From: Eledone cirrhosa
Taxonomy: Eukaryota
Length of the DNA: 64,000 bases
Direction of reading: 5' to 3'
NCBI GenBank assembly: GCA_964016885.1
Contig: OZ024742.1
Span: 286,626,001-286,690,000 of the forward strand
Below are positions 56,343 to 64,000 of the stretch, in pieces. The notes beneath the pieces were generated by a model. It was not told the origin of the DNA and did no database searches. It saw nothing but the letters and a program-made list of their open reading frames with translations. The translations under genes were made by a program, and so were the position numbers. Numbering within the stretch: position 1 is the stretch's first letter; the number at the start of each line of letters is the position of its first letter.

Positions 56343-56972
56343 GGAAAATTTGAACAGGAACAAAACAGAGAGGCAGTACAACGAATGTATATATGCATAT
56401 ATATAATATGTATATAAAATGTATATATATATATGTGTGTGTGTGTGTATACGTCTGTTAGGTTTATCTACGTACATATAAATTTAAATATATGTCAACC
56501 AACAATATCTGTTTTCCTACCGAATACACCGGAAATTATAATATTCTCTTCTTTCCCGCCAAAATAGCACTAAACTCTTTGTTTGTATGTGTGTCTAGAT
56601 AGGAACACATAAGGTAGAGTATGATGGGGTGGGGTGAGGTCAATTTGGGTAGTCTGGGTGGGCTGGGGTAGTCTGGGTGGGCTAGGGTTGGGTTTTATGA
56701 TGTGGTGTGGGGTGTGTATGTGAGGTAGTCTGAGCTCGTGTGGTGTGTGGTAGGTAGGGTGGGTTGGGGTTGTGTGGTTTGGTGTGGGACTGGGGTTGGG
56801 TAGAGTGGTATAGAGTGGGGTGGTGTCGTGTGAGGTGGTGTAATTTGGTGTGGAGTGGGGTGCGATGGGATGCAGAAGTCTTTCTTCTCTATTTCGTTAC
56901 ATCAGTCCCTCCCTCCTCACTATCCGTTTGTCTCTCCCCCTTTTACTGTTTCTATCTATATGTCTATCTATA

Positions 56973-57019
<47 letters not shown>

Positions 57020-57548
57020 ATATATCTATATATATATACCTGTCTATCTATGTCTATCTGTCTATATATCCATTTGTCTGTCAGTCTATTTATCTGTCTG
57101 TCTGTGTATTTATCTGTTTATATCCCTCTATTTTAGAGAGAATATATTTCACCAGCGCTCTCTGCTGTAAAGCCGATAAAAAATAATTACATTTTGAAAA
57201 TTAAATTTCAATAATTTTTTAGCATTTATTGAATAACTGAAGGTGGCATTTTCCCGAGCACCTACTAAATAATATCCTTTCTTCCTCCCGCTCCCAATTT
57301 TACTCTTTAACTAATTCCACCCCCATTCTATCATCCCCTGGTCTTCTAGAGTACTACTTGAGTTCCCTAGCGCCCATTTTGGAACTGACTGCTCGAAACT
57401 CTACATTTTCACCCCTTCAAGACGTTTTCACATGAAACGTGTTAAATTCTTCAAGAGCACTTCTATGATTTGTTTTCATTGTTAATGGATCTAAACACAA
57501 TATTAATACCAACCAGCACTCACACATCAATCTCCACCCCTCTCTTTC

Positions 57549-58499
<951 letters not shown>

Positions 58500-59083
58500 T
58501 ATATATATATATTGATAAATATATATATATATATGTGTATATATATATATATATGTGTGTGTGTGTATCCATGGGTTATTGACGGACGTGAGAAGAAGTA
58601 CTCAGTACCGAAGTAAAAATTAAATATTCATTTATTATTGTTAAGTAGTGAGCCTTGTTACACTGGAGTTTCACCTGCACACTCACATGACCATCTTGTC
58701 TGATTATCCTGTGGATGTTCAGGTGAAACCTAGTAAAATAATAGCATAATAAAAAAAAACATGATAAAAAGGTTACGGTTAAAGTGGTAACGATAATAAA
58801 ATATTAATACTCTAAATATTAGTATTAACGATAGACCAAAGACAAAGGTTCTGGTGATTAAAGCTTCTCATAGTGTATATAAGAGTACATATTCCTCTCT
58901 GTAATATGTACTTAGTATAAATACAATATACTCTGTTTTCTCTGGATATATGGTTCTTTCTCTCTATATATATACATATATCTTTTACATTTGACTTATT
59001 ATTCTGGACAATGTCTATTGCGCTGGTTTATTGAGAAGCATATAATTCTAACATATTTCATGTTATATATATATATATACACA

Positions 59084-59262
59084 CAGGGTGCGGACGATAT
59101 GTGTTCGCAAGATTACTGTCTAGGAAAAAATAACACAGTAGTTTTATTGTTTAAGATTTATTTATCAAACTTGGGTCAGTTTGTCTTCATGACTTCTTCT
59201 TTCGATCTCACTCGATAAACCCGCCATTGGCTTTGATGACGGCCTCAAGGCGGTCTCGGAAC
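59084..59262 (-). mobile_element. Tc1/maT-like transposon 3' end
   Basis: Minus-strand RFRDRLEAVIKANGGFIE* C-terminus; terminal CAGGGTG. Confidence 0.7.
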
Positions 59263-59264
59263 CG

Positions 59265-59344
<80 letters not shown>

Positions 59345-59348
<4 letters not shown>

Positions 59349-59487
59349 GAGGGACTGAAACATTTCTGAAGGACCGCTGCAATAAGTGTGTGAATTTGAA
59401 AAGGGAATATGTTGAATAAAATCATAATTAACTGATCCTCCTTATTTTTTTTAAAACTCAAAACCAGGAACTTTTCAGCAACCCTCG
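59345..59487 (+). mobile_element. Mariner deletion derivative
   Basis: TA-CGAGG..CTGAAA / TTTCAG..CCCTCG-TA ends; C-terminal DRCNKCVNLKREYVE*. Confidence 0.75.
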
Positions 59488-60614
59488 TAACGCTCATCTA
59501 AGAAATATAAACCCTTACAAATAAAAAAGGTACTGCTATTGGTTGTTGATATAAAGTACCAGTCATATACTGGGGTTGGTTGCTTTGTGATAATATTGTA
59601 AAACCATATTTGGGTGGGTAAGATTTTTTTTTAAATGAAAATATATAAAAAGCGATGACCTCTTGACACGAACAGTAGGCGTATGTTGATAGCAGTGTTG
59701 GTGGTATTGGTGGCATGCAGTAGGGACTTTGGCCCACAAGGAATTCCGCCAATATTCTATTGTAACATTCTCCGTGTTTAATAATGTCCAATGTACGAAA
59801 TTAAAGAGAATATATTGGAAATAATCATATGTCTAAAGTTTAGAGCTTAGCTATTATTAAGTACTGGTGGGCAGAGTTTTTGTACTTTTGACCTCGGTTT
59901 ATGGAGTGGAGGGAAAATGGAGGAGGTGGGTAGTGAAAACGAACATTTCTCAACTAATTTAGAACTGCTTGAAATCTGTTTTACTAAATATCAGAAAAGG
60001 TTGAGGTCAACAGTTCAAATTTTATTTGCGTAAGTATTGGAAATAGATTTCTTATAATCCATGGCACTGTAAAATATTCAAATCAATCAGTTTTGAAAAC
60101 TTGATGAAAAACTGTTAAAAAATCAAATAATCTCTCATCTCAACTGATCTTTTGTTTGAACCGGGGAAATATACTTAAACCAGATTACCCTAATCTGCCA
60201 TCACTTTTCGTATTTCCAATACAGTCTTCAGTCTGGCGTATTTTTCACGTATGTCACCGAAGTTGGTAGATTGTCTCTTATGGTTGATCTGCACGGGGAG
60301 GATATCCAGATAAAACTGTTGTTTTTATTTTTTTAAATTTTTAGCCTAAATTCAGTCTCGAGCCAAGAAGCTCATCAGGCCGATGCTTATCCCGGTTTCT
60401 GTGGCATGAAGTGACTGACGGTATAAGACTCACTCCTGGACAGGACGCCAGTCCATCGCAGAGTTAAACGCCCAACTCTTGCTGGTACTCATTTTCAGCT
60501 GAGTATACTGGAGCAACGTGAAATGAAATGTTTTTCTCAAGAAGACAACACACAACCCAGCCCAGGAATCAAACCCACGATATTATGGGGTTTTTTTCTA
60601 GTAACGATTAAATC

Positions 60615-60870
60615 GGCTTTTGTTATCTCGTTGTGAGACGTGGACACTGACAACGAAACTTGAAAATCAACTTGATCGAATGAACTCCCGCATGATAAGG
60701 GTGGTTCTCAATATCATTTGGAAGAGCCGCACCACAAATAGAGATTTTTATGAAGATCTGCCAATGTTAACTCAAAACATGACTCAGCTAAGATTGCGAT
60801 TGGCAGCTCACTGCTTGAAGTATTCTAAAAGAATAACTTATATTCTATTTGTTTATGGTTATGTATTGAA
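60615..60870 (+). mobile_element. RTE-clade LINE fragment
   Basis: CETWTLT..LD..RMIR..LNI.W...RLRLAAHC. Confidence 0.8.
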
Positions 60871-61157
60871 TCCATGATGATCGTCCGTTTCATTTGTTGA
60901 TCATTTGTCAGTGACTATATATTTATTTCTACGATCGTTTCGATTTATCGAAATGCAATTGTAAACATCAATAGCCATTTTGCAGCTTAATTGATTATGC
61001 AATTAAATCAATATTGCAAGGGAGATAATTCCGCTTAGTGAAGGAGATCTAAGTTTGTCGATCGCTACTCCATGCATTCTGTATCGTTGTGTACAGTCTG
61101 CAGTGGACCTTGAAACCTGAGGTAGTGCAATACTTGTTATGTGTATAAATATTTAAT

Positions 61158-61291
<134 letters not shown>

Positions 61292-61484
61292 TATATATGT
61301 ATATATATATATATAACGAAGGAGTTGTGGTAAGGAACCAGATGGACCATAACGCACCAGAGTACTAAATACTTAGGGTAGTAGAGTGGGTAATAGGAGA
61401 CAGTATGACCCCGACGGCTATTTCTGGACTTTAGTCCAGAAATAGCCGTCGAACGGCTTGAGCTCTGCCGTCAGAGTCATACTT

Positions 61485-61569
<85 letters not shown>

Positions 61570-61589
61570 TATATATATATATATATATA

Positions 61590-62090
61590 TACTATAGAGT
61601 AAAGCATGCCTAGAGAATTATTTGATAATATATATATACATCATCTCTACTCCTAATCAGCATAATTAACCACACAAAAAATCAATTAGACCAGGCTATA
61701 AGAATAAAAGGCATCTATGAAGAAACAGTAAATAAATACTCCAATTAGTCCTGGTACGTATATTAGCATTTCTAACATTAATGTTTACCTAATTATGTAT
61801 GGTTGATCGTGTATTTAATTAATTTCCACGTGCTGTCGAAATGTTGGGTAAATATTCTATAACGGTTGCACGCGAAGACGCCACGATGGAGTATTTATTT
61901 ACTGTTTCTTCATAGATGCCTTTTATTCTTATAGCCTGGTCTAATTGATTTTTTGTGTGGTTAATTATGCTGATTGGGAGTAGAGATGATGTATATATAT
62001 TATCAAATAATTCTCTGGACACTCTATAGTATTTCGCTCTGATTAATTTATTAATTCTCCATTGAGCCACATCGTGAAAAGTTGCAAAAA
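61590..62090. mobile_element. Fold-back element (~150-bp arms, ~145-bp spacer)
   Basis: 61590-61743 is the reverse complement of 61888-62032; follows (TA)n. Confidence 0.75.
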
Positions 62091-62291
62091 CACATATATA
62101 CCTGTGACTTTGTTTAATTGGTGTATGTGTAAATATTTATATATATACAATATGTTGAAAAGGTAACACACTAGAGAGGGATACAGTGCGCCATCAATAA
62201 AACAGGGAAAAAACCACTAGTGTATGGAATCTATAACCTATGAAAGGCAGAATATAGACACGATAATTAAATAAATACCTCTATAACTATA

Positions 62292-62377
62292 TAACACACG
62301 TACAAATCCAAAGTGATCTGTTTCGCCAGTAAGTTGTTGACGGAAATGAAATAACCCAGGTTCATCAGCGTGTGTTA
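62292..62377 (-). ncRNA. Type I hammerhead ribozyme in the inverted pLTR of the adjacent PLE
   Basis: UAACACACG-CUGAUGA-ACC..GGC-GAAAC AGAUC..GAUUU GUA-CGUGUGUUA; 9-bp stem I. Confidence 0.9.
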
Positions 62378-62680
62378 GGCTATACATTTCAGACAACACT
62401 AAGAGAATTTTTAAAGCGGCCGTCCAACTACACGTGGGAGAGAGAAGTCACAGCGTGTTTAAGGGCAGTGAACCAGTGGCCTATGAGGGACGAGCTGCTA
62501 GAAAGGGCAGCCTAAAGCCACTCAGAGAAGTGTGCTCAACCAAACAGAGAAAGAGGAGAAAGACTGTTATATTTTAGAGTCCAGGCAAAGGGTAGCATCA
62601 AGGAAGTTAACATTTTTAGTGTTTTTATCTAAGGTGATACTTAAGTTGAAGTTTTTGAAAATCTTATGTAATTTTATGTA

Positions 62681-64000
62681 ATTTTCAAAAACTTAAACTT
62701 AAGCATCACCTTAGATAAAAACACTAAAAACGTTAACTTCCTTGATGCTACTCTTTGCCTGGAGTCTAAAATATATACACCCTTTCATAAACCAAACGAA
62801 ACACTAATTTATGTGGATACCAACTCTAACCGCCCTAAATCCATATTAAACTCTATTACTAAAGGAATATCTAATAGAATCTCTAATTTATCATTTAACA
62901 AAACCATATTTAACAATAATTCCCAATACTATAATGAGGCCTTAGCTAAATCAGGCCATAAAAATGAGATTGAATTTCTACCTATAAAATCACCTAGTTA
63001 CAACATTATTTCTCATAATATGGCCATGAGGAAAAATAATAAAAGTACTAGCCACATTAACTCTAATACGAAGAGTAATAAACTTAACTCGCACCAAAAT
63101 AAACACCACAATAATAATATAAACAGAAATGCAAATACCTCAAAAAACATTACAAAAAACAAAAATAGAAGAACTAATACATTCTTCAATCCCCCTTTCA
63201 ATCTAAACGTCTCTACCAACTTGCCTAAGGCATTCTTCTCAATCCTAGAAAAAAACTTCCCAACCGGCCACAAATACCATAATCTTATCAATAAAAATAC
63301 CATTAAAATCTCTTACTCTACCACACCTAACATCGCATACCATATAGCTAGTAGTAATAAAAGGAAGATTAATAATTATTTCCAACTAATTAAAACACAA
63401 CAGGGGTAAACTTACAGAACAACATATTACCTGTAAATCCTAGTAGCAATAATAATAATGGTAATAGCACTAATGAAATCAATAACAATAGGAACGACAA
63501 CCATCATTACCCTAATGCTATCTCTAGCAACCAGACTTCTATACAACATAGTAACCGGCAAGCAAACAACCAGAATAACTGTAACTGTAGAACAAATAGA
63601 ACTTGCCCCTTAGGTAAAAATTGCTTAATCAAAGACATCATTTACTCATGCACGGTCAACACAAACAACTCTTCTAAAACATATATTGGCTCAACTTCGA
63701 ACTGCTTCAAGACGAGATACAACTCGCACCTCCACTCTTTCAAAAATCAAAATCTAGCCAACTCCACTTCTTTATCTAGCTACATACACTCTCTGAAAAC
63801 TAGGAATAGACCATATACACTTCAATGGGAAGTAGTAGGTAGGGCCGCATCGTATAAACCACCGAATAAATTGTGTAACCTCTGTCTTCTAGAGACCCGT
63901 TCTATAATCTTTTCGAAACCAGACCTTCTAAATAGAAAATCAGAGGTGTTTTCCTCATGCCAGCACCACTACCGACACTCGTTCGATAACTTTAAACCTA
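62681..64000 (+). pseudogene. Naiad-type PLE: RT C-terminus/thumb + GIY-YIG, 5'-truncated with inversion; runs off window end
   Basis: VNFLDATL..KPN..YV..SN.P; FFNPPF..NV.TN..ISYS; frameshift at ~63400; NCNCR..CPL..IIY..YIGST..CNLCLLE..LLNRKSE. 62568-62662 is an inverted copy of 62681-62775. Confidence 0.9.

Noticed and set aside
63570-64000. Selenocysteine recoding, reported for some Naiad PLEs
   Set aside because: Cys positions in both Naiad-type fragments are TGT/TGC; no in-frame TGA seen.

Overview
Repeat-saturated, AT-rich animal genomic DNA, most likely an octopod cephalopod (inferred from octopus-type tRNA-derived SINEs and dense (TA)n/(CA)n microsatellites). No host protein-coding gene can be called with confidence; almost all short ORFs are microsatellite translations. 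Recognisable coding sequence is all transposon-derived. It comprises a near-complete, uninterrupted Penelope-like element (PLE, Neptune-type RT + GIY-YIG, 14779-17020, minus), two Naiad-type PLE fragments, two Tx1/L1-like LINE 3' ends, and CR1, RTE, CRE, R4/Dong, mariner/Tc1, hAT and Helitron remnants. The main unexplained structure is a population of short non-coding elements sitting in (TA)n tracts, built as fold-back (inverted) and/or partial tandem repeats. Read by eye, about ten distinct families carry type I hammerhead ribozyme (HHR) folds. These include a 466-bp HHR tandem (retrozyme-like), 547-, 167- and 107-nt units, non-canonical cores (U3-A8, U4A, A13C) and an abundant half-hammerhead family. 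All ribozyme folds were paired manually, and their activity is untested.
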